Positions 40,106 through 50,614 of a DNA stretch of 64,000 nucleotides are shown piece by piece. The stretch is from contig JBDKUO010000049.1 in NCBI GenBank assembly GCA_039679645.1, positions 431 through 64,430 on the forward strand, read 5' to 3'. This stretch comes from Armatimonadota bacterium (lineage in GTDB: Bacteria; Armatimonadota; UBA5829). Position 1 is the first letter of the stretch. Each line of letters opens with the position of its first letter. The notes below the pieces were generated by a model. It was given only the letters and a program-made list of their open reading frames with translations, was not told the origin of the DNA and made no database searches. A program made the translations under genes and the position numbers.

Positions 40106-40846
40106 ATGAGAACAAGAGGATTGCAGGCTTATCTGGCAGCGGGAGTCTGTTTGCTGTCGATGGCAGGTGGGGCGGTTTACGCTCAGGACAGTATATCGAC
40201 AAATATTGATCTTGCTTATGTGAGCAAATATGTATGGCGTGGAACTGTGCCGAATTCAGACCCGGCGTTTCAGCCGTCCGTCACCATCTCACACCCCAGC
40301 GGTGCGAGCTTTAACTTCTGGGGCAGTATGGATACGACCGGCATTAATGATAATTCGGGAAATTTTACCGAGCAGGATTACACGCTAAGTTACGCATGGA
40401 AGTCGATGTCCGCAGGATATATATATTATGCATTCCCAAACACGGCGTATCCGAGCACTCAGGAGATGTTTTTCAACATCCCTCTGGTAAGCAAGCTGCC
40501 CGTTTCACTTGCTCTGAATTATGATTTCGACGAGGCAAAGGGACTCTACGGCGCGCTTAGCACCAGCTACGCCTATGCTATGAAGAGCGGCAAGGCTATG
40601 AGTCTTTCCGCCAAGCTAGGCTTTGCGTCATCGGGCTACAATGATTTTTATTTTGGCGCCGACAAGACAGGTTTGGTTGATCTTGTTTTAGGTGTTAGTA
40701 TGCCTTTTGAGAGCGGCAAGATGAAGATTACACCATCCTTGACTTACTCGACTATGGTCAACAGCGATCTCAAAGATGCCCTTTCGGCGAATGGCGTTGA
40801 TGAGAACAACTTCATTGCCGGACTGACTATATCATCGGCGTTCTAA
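40106..40846 (+). CDS. Secreted putative outer-membrane beta-barrel protein upstream of amt
   Basis: Signal peptide ...MAGGAVYA/QD, alternating amphipathic strands, C-terminal aromatic (SSAF). Confidence 0.5.
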   Translation: MRTRGLQAYLAAGVCLLSMAGGAVYAQDSISTNIDLAYVSKYVWRGTVPNSDPAFQPSVTISHPSGASFNFWGSMDTTGINDNSGNFTEQDYTLSYAWKSMSAGYIYYAFPNTAYPSTQEMFFNIPLVSKLPVSLALNYDFDEAKGLYGALSTSYAYAMKSGKAMSLSAKLGFASSGYNDFYFGADKTGLVDLVLGVSMPFESGKMKITPSLTYSTMVNSDLKDALSANGVDENNFIAGLTISSAF

Positions 40847-40901
40847 ACAAAGCACTTGGGGGACTGGTCTCTCGGTCCCCAAATATTAAAGCAAGGAGAA
40901 A

Positions 40902-42416
40902 ATGTATATGTATCGAGTCAGGTTATGCGCAATCATTGTCCTAATATGCATGGCAATATCGATGATTTCATGTGTTGCTGCAATTGCCGATGCGGATGGA
41001 ACCAAGACCGGGACCGCTCAGGACGTGGTCGGCGCAACAAGCGGTGCTCCCAGTGCCGATGATCTCAAGAATTCAAGTGCGTCCGAGCCTTTCGCATCAA
41101 AGTTAGCTGATGTAGTCGGTCAGAATAAAGTCGCAATTAACTTTACCTGGACGCTGGTAGCAGGCTTTTTGGTTATGTTCATGCAGGCCGGTTTTGCATT
41201 GGTCGAAACAGGTTTTACCAGAGCCAAAAACGCCGCGCACACTATGTTTATGAACTTCGCAGTATATGCGATAGGTATTATCGGGTTCTTTATATGCGGT
41301 TTTGCGTTTATGTATGGCAATGCGGGTCCGATAGGAAACCTTGGCGGAAGTCCTGCATTAGCCGGAGGGCATGAGCTTACAATACATGGTTGGGGAATAA
41401 TCGGAACAGCTGGTTTCTTCCTGACAGGAAGTTATTATGATGTTGCGGTGGCTGCTTTGTTCCTCTTCCAGATGGTTTTTATGGACACTGCCTGCACGAT
41501 TCCTACAGGCGCCATGGCCGAGAGGTGGAGACTGAAGTCATTTCTTGCTTACGGCTTCTTCATGTCGATGATACTCTATCCGCTCTTCGGCAACTGGGCA
41601 TGGGGCGGCGGCTGGCTGATGAAGTTAGGCTACTGTGACTTTGCCGGATCTGGTGTTGTTCATGCTGTTGGTGGTCTTTGTGCTCTTGCCGGTGCGATAG
41701 TGCTTGGCCCGAGAATAGGTAAGTTTAACAGAGACGGCAGCGCAAACGCCATACCCGGTCATCACATCCCGATGGCGATTCTCGGAACATTGATTCTGGC
41801 TTTCGGATGGTTCGGTTTCAACCCGGGCAGCACACTCGGCGCATCAGGCGGCAACAATCTGAGGTTCGCAATGGTCGCCACCAATACAATGCTGGCTTCC
41901 GCATTTGGACTGGCGACCGCTGTAATCTATATGCTGTTCAAGTGCGGCAAGCCCGACCCGACAATGGGCGCAAACGGCATGCTTGCCGGTTTGGTTGCTA
42001 TCACCGCACCTTGCGCGTTTGTAAACTGTGTTGACTCCTGCATCATCGGTGGAATAGCAGGTATCCTAGTATGTGTGAGTGTTGCGTTTATCGACAAGAT
42101 TCATGTTGACGACCCGGTCGGAGCTGTATCAGTGCATGGAGTCTGTGGTCTATTCGGTGTTATCAGCGTGGGACTTTTTGCAGACGGCGCTTTCAATGGT
42201 ATCACTGGTCTGTTTCACGGTGGTGGAATGCATCAACTAACTGTCCAGTTGATTGCAGTGGCTACACTCCTGGTATGGGCGTTCGGATTTAGCTTCATAT
42301 ATTTCAAGATTATGAGCTATATCATTCCGATGCGTGTAAGCAAGGAAGATGAGCTTGCCGGACTGGATATGCCTGAGACCGGCGTTCTTGCCTATCCTGA
42401 ATTCGAGATGAGATAA
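40902..42416 (+). CDS. amt: Ammonium transporter (Amt family) with signal peptide
   Basis: FMQAGFALVETG, twin-His region, 11 TM; SD aaggag. Confidence 0.9.
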   Translation: MYMYRVRLCAIIVLICMAISMISCVAAIADADGTKTGTAQDVVGATSGAPSADDLKNSSASEPFASKLADVVGQNKVAINFTWTLVAGFLVMFMQAGFALVETGFTRAKNAAHTMFMNFAVYAIGIIGFFICGFAFMYGNAGPIGNLGGSPALAGGHELTIHGWGIIGTAGFFLTGSYYDVAVAALFLFQMVFMDTACTIPTGAMAERWRLKSFLAYGFFMSMILYPLFGNWAWGGGWLMKLGYCDFAGSGVVHAVGGLCALAGAIVLGPRIGKFNRDGSANAIPGHHIPMAILGTLILAFGWFGFNPGSTLGASGGNNLRFAMVATNTMLASAFGLATAVIYMLFKCGKPDPTMGANGMLAGLVAITAPCAFVNCVDSCIIGGIAGILVCVSVAFIDKIHVDDPVGAVSVHGVCGLFGVISVGLFADGAFNGITGLFHGGGMHQLTVQLIAVATLLVWAFGFSFIYFKIMSYIIPMRVSKEDELAGLDMPETGVLAYPEFEMR

Positions 42417-42430
42417 GAGAGGATACAGAC

Positions 42431-42772
42431 ATGACAAAGATCGAAGCGATTATCAGACCGAACAAGTTGGATGAAGTCAAGGCCGCCCTGGATGACCTGG
42501 GGCTGATGGGAATCACGGTCTCGCATGTGATGGGCAGCGGCAAGCAGAGAGGTCGCACTCAGCACTATCGCGGCCAGGAATATGTAGTAAGCCTGCTGGA
42601 TAAGGTTAAGATCGAGACTGTTGTTATGGACGATATGGTCGATGACGTAATGAAAGCCATAGCCGATTCAGCCGGGACAGGCGAGATCGGCGACGGTAAG
42701 ATATTTGTATACAAAGTCGACAACGCAATGAGGATTCGCACCCGCGAGATGGGTGAATCCGCAGTCCGCTAG
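42431..42772 (+). CDS. glnK: Nitrogen regulatory protein P-II (GlnK type, amt-linked)
   Basis: T-loop RGQEYVV with Tyr, B-loop TGEIGDGKIFV. Confidence 0.9.
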   Translation: MTKIEAIIRPNKLDEVKAALDDLGLMGITVSHVMGSGKQRGRTQHYRGQEYVVSLLDKVKIETVVMDDMVDDVMKAIADSAGTGEIGDGKIFVYKVDNAMRIRTREMGESAVR

Positions 42773-43123
42773 GCGTCTTGCATACTAACCTGGTGATATG
42801 GTGATATTATGTAGGGCCCATGCCATATGGTGTGGGCCTTGCATACATTACAAACCGGCCTCTTCAGGGCAAACGCATCTTAAGAAATATGTCTCCGCTT
42901 TGTTCGGGCAGATTTATAATCTGCGCCGAAAAGGGCCAAATGGCATCTCTGATGCCACTACCTAGCGCTTATATGCAGGCTTAGCGGTTAACGGGATCAC
43001 AGATACCGAGATAGCCCAAAAGGGGTCAGATTGCAAATCTGCCCCAACAGAAATTAGATACGTTTGCTCTGCGGCCTATTGCTTAGTCAAGCGCATCAAC
43101 GTATACTTTTTCATGCTTGGTAA

Positions 43124-45406
43124 ATGAGAAAGGAATCTGATTGCATGCCGAAAGAGCCTCTTAAACTGTCTGCCTCGGGCTGTATAAAATCTCTGATAAT
43201 CGGATCAAAACACTTTGACTTTCGCGAGAATGAATATGCCGGACCCAAGTGGTATGGCGAGTGGGACGGTAGTAAGCATAAAATAGTCCTGAGCGGTTCA
43301 GTTATGCATTTTGAAGGCGGCGAAGGCCCCATCTCTTTCTCGATAGATTATGCGCTCTTATCTGATAGACTTGTTATCACTGCCGCAATTGCCAATCATG
43401 GCAGAACGCCGTTTATACCTGTCAAAGCTGGTCTGAAGTTAGGTCTGGATACATATATGCAGAGCCGGCCTGAGTGGAACCAAAAGCTCTTCCCGACTCT
43501 ACTGAGGTGCGAGAAGACACACTTCTGGGGTTATGCTATGAGTCCAGAGGGCGCAATACTCGGCATAGGCTCACCCGAGCCGGTTGCTTCCTGGAGCCTG
43601 GACTATAACAGGGCAGGGGACTCGCCGGACAGCGACTGGGGCCACAGGGTCTACACACTCAATCTTGACCTGATGAACTCTCTGCCACTGCCAGCCAGGC
43701 ATCCTCAGGACTTAGGTGAACTGGCCGCGGGCGAGACGAAGTCATGGGCAATAACTCTCATCCCAGTCAGCGATTTGGCGGATATCAAGCCGGTGCTGGC
43801 GAAAGTGTGCTCCGCTCCGATGCTGGATGCGGACCGTTACATTTTGGCTGAGGGCGAGTCTACCAATATACGTGTCTATTGCGATGATCCGGTCAATTTA
43901 CAAATTACCGGCCCGGATGGTGAAAGCGTAAAATTCGATACAGGTAATTTCACTGTGCCCGAGAGAGCGGGGGAATATACTCTCACCGCTGCTTCTGACT
44001 CCGGCAAGATTTCGCAGGCGAGGCTCTATGTGCGCCATCCATGGTCGTGGTATCTAAAGCAGGCGCGTGTAGCCGCAGTGGAGAAACCACAGAAAGCGTC
44101 GTGCTGCTGCGAGAGCTGGTACGGCCACTTTTCAAGTTTTCTTGCCTTGCGCCATTTCGCCGATCATGAGCTTGATGCGCAGGCAGAAGCCAACTTCAGA
44201 ACCATCCTGCCGCTGATGTTCGATACCCAAAGCGGTGTTCCGACACTGCTGCCGGATCGAATCCAAAACACCTGCACCATGATCAGCATGCTCGCCGATC
44301 TTTACCAGGCCAAGGGAAATATAGCCGATCTTGAGCTTGCGGCAAAGCTTGCCGACTGGATAATAACGCATCAGCACAAAGACGGCTCATACAAAGGCCA
44401 GAACGGCGGCCACTATACATGTGTTATATACGCTGCTAAGTCCATCATCGAGCTTGCTCTGATTGAAAAAGAACTGACCGTTGATAATTCGGACTGGGAA
44501 TATAAATACAAGAGGCACATGGCCTCTGCAAAGGCTGCTGTTGATAATCTCCAGAGGCTGGGAGACAACATAGGCACGGAGGGTGAGGCAACATTTGAAG
44601 ACGGCATGATATCCTGTTCAGCCCTTCAGCTAGCTCTGTTCGCCCTGCTTCAGGATGACAAGAGCTGCCGCGATAAATACACGAAAGCCGCTCTCGATCT
44701 GCTAAGCAGACATCGGTGTTTGGAGCAGTCGATCGTTCCGGATGCCCGCATGACCGGCTGTACTCTGCGCTTCTGGGAGGCTCAGTATGATGTCCTCATC
44801 GACCAGAACATGATCACATCTCCGCACGGCTGGTCTTCGTGGAAAACGTATGCCACATGGTATCTCTATCTTCTCAACGGCAGTGAAGACCTGCTTAGGC
44901 AGACAATGGAGACCCTCGGCGCGTGTGTTCAGATGATCGATTCGGACTCAGGCGAGCTTCGCTGGGCGTTCGTTGTCGATCCGTATATACGGGCGAGCGT
45001 TTGGGATCAGGATGATGACAATCCGGGCTCTGGTGCCAGGCGCGAGCGTGTGATAGGCGAGCAGTATGTGGATATGATCAGCGGCTGGTGGAAAGCTCCG
45101 CCCGATACGGTCACCGGCGGCTACTGGGACCAAGGCGGCTGCTGCGATAATGACGTGCACGAGCACTTCAAGTGCCTGGAAGAAGTAGCTCTGACATCTG
45201 CATACGTGATAGAGCGCAAGGACGGCAGCTTTGGCGCATGGAACTGCCGGGTAGAGCGCGCAGGCGATAAGATTTATGTATATCCATATGAGGATATAGT
45301 TGACTCGGTGCATGTAAACCTAAAGAAATCACATTTAGTCGATGTCCACTTTTCAGATGGAGTGACGAGTATGAATGCGGCAGGGATGCAATGGATAAGA
45401 AGTTGA
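43124..45406 (+). CDS. Hypothetical 760-aa protein, possibly carbohydrate-active (alpha/alpha-toroid-like C-terminal half); no family recognised
   Basis: Long uninterrupted ORF with genome-typical codon usage; 16-nt overlap with downstream GckR-like gene. Confidence 0.55.
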   Translation: MRKESDCMPKEPLKLSASGCIKSLIIGSKHFDFRENEYAGPKWYGEWDGSKHKIVLSGSVMHFEGGEGPISFSIDYALLSDRLVITAAIANHGRTPFIPVKAGLKLGLDTYMQSRPEWNQKLFPTLLRCEKTHFWGYAMSPEGAILGIGSPEPVASWSLDYNRAGDSPDSDWGHRVYTLNLDLMNSLPLPARHPQDLGELAAGETKSWAITLIPVSDLADIKPVLAKVCSAPMLDADRYILAEGESTNIRVYCDDPVNLQITGPDGESVKFDTGNFTVPERAGEYTLTAASDSGKISQARLYVRHPWSWYLKQARVAAVEKPQKASCCCESWYGHFSSFLALRHFADHELDAQAEANFRTILPLMFDTQSGVPTLLPDRIQNTCTMISMLADLYQAKGNIADLELAAKLADWIITHQHKDGSYKGQNGGHYTCVIYAAKSIIELALIEKELTVDNSDWEYKYKRHMASAKAAVDNLQRLGDNIGTEGEATFEDGMISCSALQLALFALLQDDKSCRDKYTKAALDLLSRHRCLEQSIVPDARMTGCTLRFWEAQYDVLIDQNMITSPHGWSSWKTYATWYLYLLNGSEDLLRQTMETLGACVQMIDSDSGELRWAFVVDPYIRASVWDQDDDNPGSGARRERVIGEQYVDMISGWWKAPPDTVTGGYWDQGGCCDNDVHEHFKCLEEVALTSAYVIERKDGSFGAWNCRVERAGDKIYVYPYEDIVDSVHVNLKKSHLVDVHFSDGVTSMNAAGMQWIRS

Positions 45407-47160
45407 TAATAAGTGATACTGCGCGTGCTCGTGCGAAAGAGTTTCTCGAAATTAGCGGCCAGTTCAGGCTGGGCGAGCTTGTGACTGAGTCATCTCATCC
45501 GGTTACGGCGAACCTGAGCGAAGTGGCGCAAGAGGACATTGGCGCTGCGCTCGACCTGCTCTTCCAGGTCGATGAAGATGTGGTTGCGAAGTATCGCGAA
45601 TGGGTCGAGTCAGGTCGCTCGAATGAGATAGCTGATGTGGTCACAAAGTCTCTGCAATCCGGCGGACGGATCTTCTTCACAGGGTGTGGCGCAACCGGAC
45701 GACTAAGCATACTAATAGACTCCATATGGCGGGATTTTTGGCAGGGCAGGGGCTCACAATGGGAAGACCGCACAGTCAGTCTTATGGCGGGCGGAGACTT
45801 CGCTCTGATCAAGTCTGTAGAGGGTTTTGAGGATATCACCGAGTTCGGCAGGCGTCAGATTGCAGACGCCGGAGTCGGACCGAATGATGTCGTTTTTGCC
45901 ATAACCGAAGGCGGCGAGACTTCATGGGTCATAGGCACAGCCTGGCAAGCCCTGGAGAGCGGCGCAAAGGTATATTTCGTATACAACAATCCGGATGATA
46001 TCCTGCGCGAACATGTCGAGCGTTCGCGTGAGATCATAGACGAGCCACGGATAGAGAAGATAAACCTGACGACCGGCCCGATGGCTATTACAGGTTCAAC
46101 CCGCATGCAGGCTACCACAATCCAACTCTGCGTAATGGTGACTATACTTGAGATTGTAGTGAGGAATCTAGATCGGATAACAGCCATGGAAGAGGCAAAT
46201 ATCCCCCACCAATTCCTCAAATCATTGGAAAGCATGCTCTCAGCCCTGCGCTCCGAGCAGACGTTGCGTCAACTTGCAGACCTGGTCGAGATGGAAGAAT
46301 CGGTCTATCGCTCTGGCGGCAAGGTCAACTACTTCGCCGACCAATTGGCAATAGATGTGCTTACAGATACGACCGAGCGTTCACCCACATTTTGCATCCC
46401 GCCGTTCAAGAAGTGGGATGACCCGAGCGCGTCCGATTCGTGGGCATTTCTGTTTACTCCCGGCAAGACCACAACCGACGCATGGCAAAGGCTGCTAAAG
46501 CGAAAACTGCGGGCAGTAGAATGGTCTGAAGATCAGGTCCGTGAGATGGTCGGTGATATCGACTCCTCGCACCGATATGAGGTCATCAAGCGAATATCTC
46601 TTAGCGAGATTTACAGGTTCAGGATAGGCCGGGATGGAATGGACCTGCGTCCTCTTGGTCAGGGTGACGCGGCCATATTTGTCCTTGATGACGGCGATGA
46701 GTCTTTTCAGGCGGCAGCGCAGTCTGTCCTTGAATCAGGTGCGAAGGTCGGTTTCATACAAGCATGTGACCGTCTTGCAGGTTCACCATCAGTTACTTTG
46801 CCTTCAATCGGCGATGAGTTTTTACTTTATGGGATAAAGCGGGCCGGGGTGAAGATGCTGCTAAATGCTCTCTCGACGTGCATTATGGTCCGCCTCGGGC
46901 GCGTGATGGGCAATTATATGATCTATGTTGTCCCATCCAACCTCAAACTGATCGACCGCGCTACACGTTATGTCTCTCGCCTCACCGGCTTGACCTATGA
47001 AGATGCCTGTCATCTGGTCTTTGACGTGATCGAGTATGTCGAGCCGCGAATGAAGAATGATATGGCATATCCGCCTGTAGTCGGTATGTCTGCTATCCGG
47101 GCAAAAGAGCATGTCGGCAATTGTGATGCCCAGGAGATTCTAGCCCGTCTGAATCGCTAG
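45391..47160 (+). CDS. Glucokinase-regulator (GckR)/MurQ-family double SIS-domain protein (589 aa)
   Basis: N-terminal MurQ-like HPVTANLSE...SGGRIFFTGCGATGRLS SIS motif; length matches two-SIS GckR architecture rather than ~300-aa MurQ. Confidence 0.6.
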   Translation: MDKKLIISDTARARAKEFLEISGQFRLGELVTESSHPVTANLSEVAQEDIGAALDLLFQVDEDVVAKYREWVESGRSNEIADVVTKSLQSGGRIFFTGCGATGRLSILIDSIWRDFWQGRGSQWEDRTVSLMAGGDFALIKSVEGFEDITEFGRRQIADAGVGPNDVVFAITEGGETSWVIGTAWQALESGAKVYFVYNNPDDILREHVERSREIIDEPRIEKINLTTGPMAITGSTRMQATTIQLCVMVTILEIVVRNLDRITAMEEANIPHQFLKSLESMLSALRSEQTLRQLADLVEMEESVYRSGGKVNYFADQLAIDVLTDTTERSPTFCIPPFKKWDDPSASDSWAFLFTPGKTTTDAWQRLLKRKLRAVEWSEDQVREMVGDIDSSHRYEVIKRISLSEIYRFRIGRDGMDLRPLGQGDAAIFVLDDGDESFQAAAQSVLESGAKVGFIQACDRLAGSPSVTLPSIGDEFLLYGIKRAGVKMLLNALSTCIMVRLGRVMGNYMIYVVPSNLKLIDRATRYVSRLTGLTYEDACHLVFDVIEYVEPRMKNDMAYPPVVGMSAIRAKEHVGNCDAQEILARLNR

Positions 47161-47375
47161 CTTGAAAAAGGGAATATCGTGCTTTCGGGTGCTGCCCATA
47201 CAAAGAGTGCCTGTAACCGTGCGACTGAAATCACGGCCACAAAAACACGAAGTGTCCCTTCGGATACTGGAGATGCCAGTCGGCGAAGGCCGACTTTGTG
47301 TAGTTGTTGCCACGGTTTTGACCGCAGGGTGCATTACATGAAATTAACGGGCAGCACCTGCACCACAACTCAGCT

Positions 47376-47654
47376 TCACTTAGACTCGAATGTGTTGCAC
47401 CACGCCTGATTGTTACTGAGCACAATCTCTATGTCACTGCAGGCATGACAGCTCAGGGACTGGTTATACAGGCAGTTGTCTATGTGGCATGCTCCTACTT
47501 CCGCCTGACCCTGGTGTTTCGTGTGCTGTTGAGAGGCCATAAATGTCTCGCATAAAGGTTCATTGCTGCCGATCAATATCCCGCGAGCGCAGCACTCACT
47601 GTCTTTGTTGTAGAAACACTGGTTTACGTTACACTTTCTGACTTCGGGAACCAT
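47376..47654 (-). CDS. Cysteine-rich DUF1540-like protein (two CxVxxCxYN...CxTF repeats)
   Basis: KCNVNQCFYNKDSECCARGILIG...CETF and ACHIDNCLYNQSLSCHACSDIEIV...CNTF. Confidence 0.5.
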   Translation of the reverse strand: MVPEVRKCNVNQCFYNKDSECCARGILIGSNEPLCETFMASQQHTKHQGQAEVGACHIDNCLYNQSLSCHACSDIEIVLSNNQAWCNTFESK

Positions 47655-47843
47655 AACCGGACCTCCTTGTGTAGTTGATCTGACTAGAGATACCCAGAAA
47701 TCGGTTGGCGTATGGCGTGGATACTTATTGAGGAGAATTCTGATCGGCGGGGAAAAGATTCACCCGCCGATCTATGCAAGACAAACTTGTTACACGAAAA
47801 TATAGGTCAGCACCTGGGTAAATTCGCTCACAATAAAAGCTTG

Positions 47844-48692
47844 TTAGGCGAACTTACCGACTCTGGTGGCCACTTCCGCCTGGAACCTGCTTATGTAGCC
47901 CTTGAGAAACTCGACGATATCCAGCGAGTCATCTTCAATAAGAGGAGTAAGGTCCATTGCAAAGTTTAGCAGCGCGCATGCGTCAGTGCCGTGTGATGCA
48001 AAGTAAGTAGCATGAGCGCGTCTGCGGCCAAGTGTAGCAAGGTCATATCTCTTGCCGCCGCAAATCTGTGAGTCATGTACACCCAGCACTGCTGCCGCGA
48101 TATTCTCATGAGCTTCCACATTAAGCGGGATCTTGTCTTCGTCGGTCATCCAGTCAAGGTCGCGCCATACTTCACAGCCGAGCAATTTCTTAGGTCTTGC
48201 ATCTTTAGGCAGTGAACGGATCGCTCTGACAATATGCATAGCTGTCGCTACGTGAGTGTCGTGCTTGTCACCGAGGTTGTGTGTATATACGACTTCCGGC
48301 TTTGCCTGTTCGAAAATTTTCTTGAGGTCATCAACCACGTTCTGGTTCTTGGAATCTTTCACTTCAGCGCTGGTGTAATCAAGCAGAGCCTGCGCGCTAT
48401 ATTCTCCGACGAACGCAGCTTTCTTCTGCTCAAGGCGTCTGACTGTCTGCATCTGCTCATCGGTATAGTCGGCATAGAGATCATCTCTTGGGCTGCCTGC
48501 GCCGTTTGTTACTACGACTCCCATAAATGCTTTATCATCCTTACCAAAGCATTCAAGAATTCCGTGGAATGCCATAATCTCGATGTCGTCCTGGTGCGCT
48601 GAGATTCCCATATGGGTTGTGCGTGCGAGAGCTTCCTGCTCGGGCTTGCCGTCCGGGACAAAAACCTCAGCCTTATCCTTATTGAGTTTCAT
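47844..48692 (-). CDS. PIG-L/LmbE-family N-acetylglucosaminyl deacetylase-like protein
   Basis: GISAHQDDIE (HxDD) motif, HxxH region; moderate. Confidence 0.55.
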   Translation of the reverse strand: MKLNKDKAEVFVPDGKPEQEALARTTHMGISAHQDDIEIMAFHGILECFGKDDKAFMGVVVTNGAGSPRDDLYADYTDEQMQTVRRLEQKKAAFVGEYSAQALLDYTSAEVKDSKNQNVVDDLKKIFEQAKPEVVYTHNLGDKHDTHVATAMHIVRAIRSLPKDARPKKLLGCEVWRDLDWMTDEDKIPLNVEAHENIAAAVLGVHDSQICGGKRYDLATLGRRRAHATYFASHGTDACALLNFAMDLTPLIEDDSLDIVEFLKGYISRFQAEVATRVGKFA

Positions 48693-48814
48693 AAAAACCC
48701 CTCCTGATTGGTACTACTCGTTAATTTTATGTCAACCCAGCACTATCGGGCAAGTGATTACCGTAATAAATTTTTCTCGGCAGTATTGACATATAATGTG
48801 AGGCAGCTAGACTA

Positions 48815-50614
48815 ATGGTTGATATGATGCTTATAAAGAATGTGAAAGGAACTATTCTAAATATGTCCAACAGCGTACCCAGACCTGAGCATCCCAGGCC
48901 CGACTTCGAGCGCAAGGCCTGGCAGTGCCTTAACGGCAAATGGCAGTTTGCAATCGACACCGCAAAGTGCGGCATTGAAAAGAATTGGATGACCGGTGTT
49001 GATTTTTCGCTTGAGATCAACGTGCCGTTCTGTCCGGAAAGCAAACTCAGCGGCATCGCCAATACTGATTTTCTTGGCGCAGTATGGTATCGAAGAGCAT
49101 TCACCGTCGATAAAGCGCTTGCAGGCCAGCGGCTCCTCCTGCATTTTGGCGCGGTAGATTATGAGTCGCGCGTATGGGTAAACGGCAGGCAGGTCGCCGT
49201 TCATCGCGGCGGTTGGACGCCATTTTATGCCGACATCACCGACGCTGTTAAGCCCGGCGAGAACGAGGTTGTTGTCTACGCGGTTGACGACGAGCGTCCG
49301 CACATGCAGCCTCTCGGCAAGCAGTCGGACAAGCTGCACTCATATAGCTGTCTCTATACAAGGTCCACAGGAATCTGGCAGAGTGTGTGGCTTGAGTCGG
49401 TGCCGGAGTCGCGAATTTCTAACTTCGTAATTCTGCCGGATGCGCCAAATGGTCGAGCCGTGATTGATGTGGATGTAATCAAGCCGTACCCCGGGTTGAG
49501 TGTGGAAGCTGCAGCGCTGGTTGACGGCAAAGTAGTAGCTTCGACCAAACTATCTCAGGCAAGCACAAGAAGCTCAGTCACACTCGATATTCCCGACCCT
49601 GTGCTGTGGGAGGTCGGCAAGCCGTTTCTATATGATCTTCAGCTTCGCCTGACTGATGGTGAAAAGACCATCGATGAGGTGTCTTCATATTTTGGCCTGC
49701 GTGAGGTCCGCATTGACGGCGACAAGATCCTAATCAACGGCAAGTCGGTCTTTCAGCGCCTGATCCTAGATCAGGGTCTCTGGCCGGACGGCATCTACAC
49801 TGCTCCTTCGGATGAAGAGCTTAAGGCGGATATCGAGAGAAGCATGGCGTGCGGGTTCAATGGAGCCAGATTGCACCAGAAAGTATTTGAGCCGCGCTCG
49901 CTGTATTGGGCGGACAAACTCGGCTATATTGTCTGGGGCGAGTTTCCCGATTGGGGCTGCGCGGTAAAGTTTCATGCCCAGGCAAGAGAGAATATGCGTA
50001 GAGAGTGGGTCGATGAAGTCCTTCGCGATATTAACCATCCGTCGATTGTTGCGTGGATGCCGCTGAATGAAGCTCACTTTAATGGCGAAAGATACGAGCC
50101 GACGTTTTTTGCGGAACTCTATGATCTGACAAAGAAACTCGATCCGACACGTCCATTCCTTGACACAAGCGGTTACACTCATGCAAAGACGGACATTTGG
50201 GACCTGCACGACTATGAACAGGACCCTGCAAAATTCAATGCTAAGTATGAGCCGTTTGCCAAAAATCCAAACGATAAGACGCTTCCGAAGTGTGATCCGG
50301 GCATAGAGCCCGATTATGAAGGCCAGCCGATGATCGTCAGTGAATACGGCGGCATATGGTGGAACCCGGCTCAAATCGGCGATGAGGCTTGGGGCTATGG
50401 CGAGCGACCTAAGAGTGAGAAAGAGTTCTGTGACAGGTTCAAGGGCCTTGCTGATGTGCTTTTGGATAATCCGCACATCGCGGGTCTCTGTTACACTCAG
50501 CTCACCAACGTAGAGCAAGAGGTAAACGGCCTCTACACATATGACCGCAAGCCCAAGTTCCCGCCGGAGCTGTTCAAAAAGGTCCTGGATCGCAAGGCAG
50601 CCATTGAGGATTAA
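48815..50614 (+). CDS. Glycoside hydrolase family 2 (beta-galactosidase/glucuronidase-like)
   Basis: Sugar-binding N-domain (WYRRAF...HFGAVDYESRVWVNG), TIM-barrel with NEAH/ SEYGG acid-base and nucleophile regions. Confidence 0.8.
   Translation: MVDMMLIKNVKGTILNMSNSVPRPEHPRPDFERKAWQCLNGKWQFAIDTAKCGIEKNWMTGVDFSLEINVPFCPESKLSGIANTDFLGAVWYRRAFTVDKALAGQRLLLHFGAVDYESRVWVNGRQVAVHRGGWTPFYADITDAVKPGENEVVVYAVDDERPHMQPLGKQSDKLHSYSCLYTRSTGIWQSVWLESVPESRISNFVILPDAPNGRAVIDVDVIKPYPGLSVEAAALVDGKVVASTKLSQASTRSSVTLDIPDPVLWEVGKPFLYDLQLRLTDGEKTIDEVSSYFGLREVRIDGDKILINGKSVFQRLILDQGLWPDGIYTAPSDEELKADIERSMACGFNGARLHQKVFEPRSLYWADKLGYIVWGEFPDWGCAVKFHAQARENMRREWVDEVLRDINHPSIVAWMPLNEAHFNGERYEPTFFAELYDLTKKLDPTRPFLDTSGYTHAKTDIWDLHDYEQDPAKFNAKYEPFAKNPNDKTLPKCDPGIEPDYEGQPMIVSEYGGIWWNPAQIGDEAWGYGERPKSEKEFCDRFKGLADVLLDNPHIAGLCYTQLTNVEQEVNGLYTYDRKPKFPPELFKKVLDRKAAIED

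Noticed and set aside
47712-47969. 85-aa plus-strand ORF overlapping the PIG-L gene end and 3501-3542 N-terminal extension of the phosphoesterase ORF
   Set aside because: It overlaps better-supported genes, and ATG 3543 gives a canonical signal peptide.
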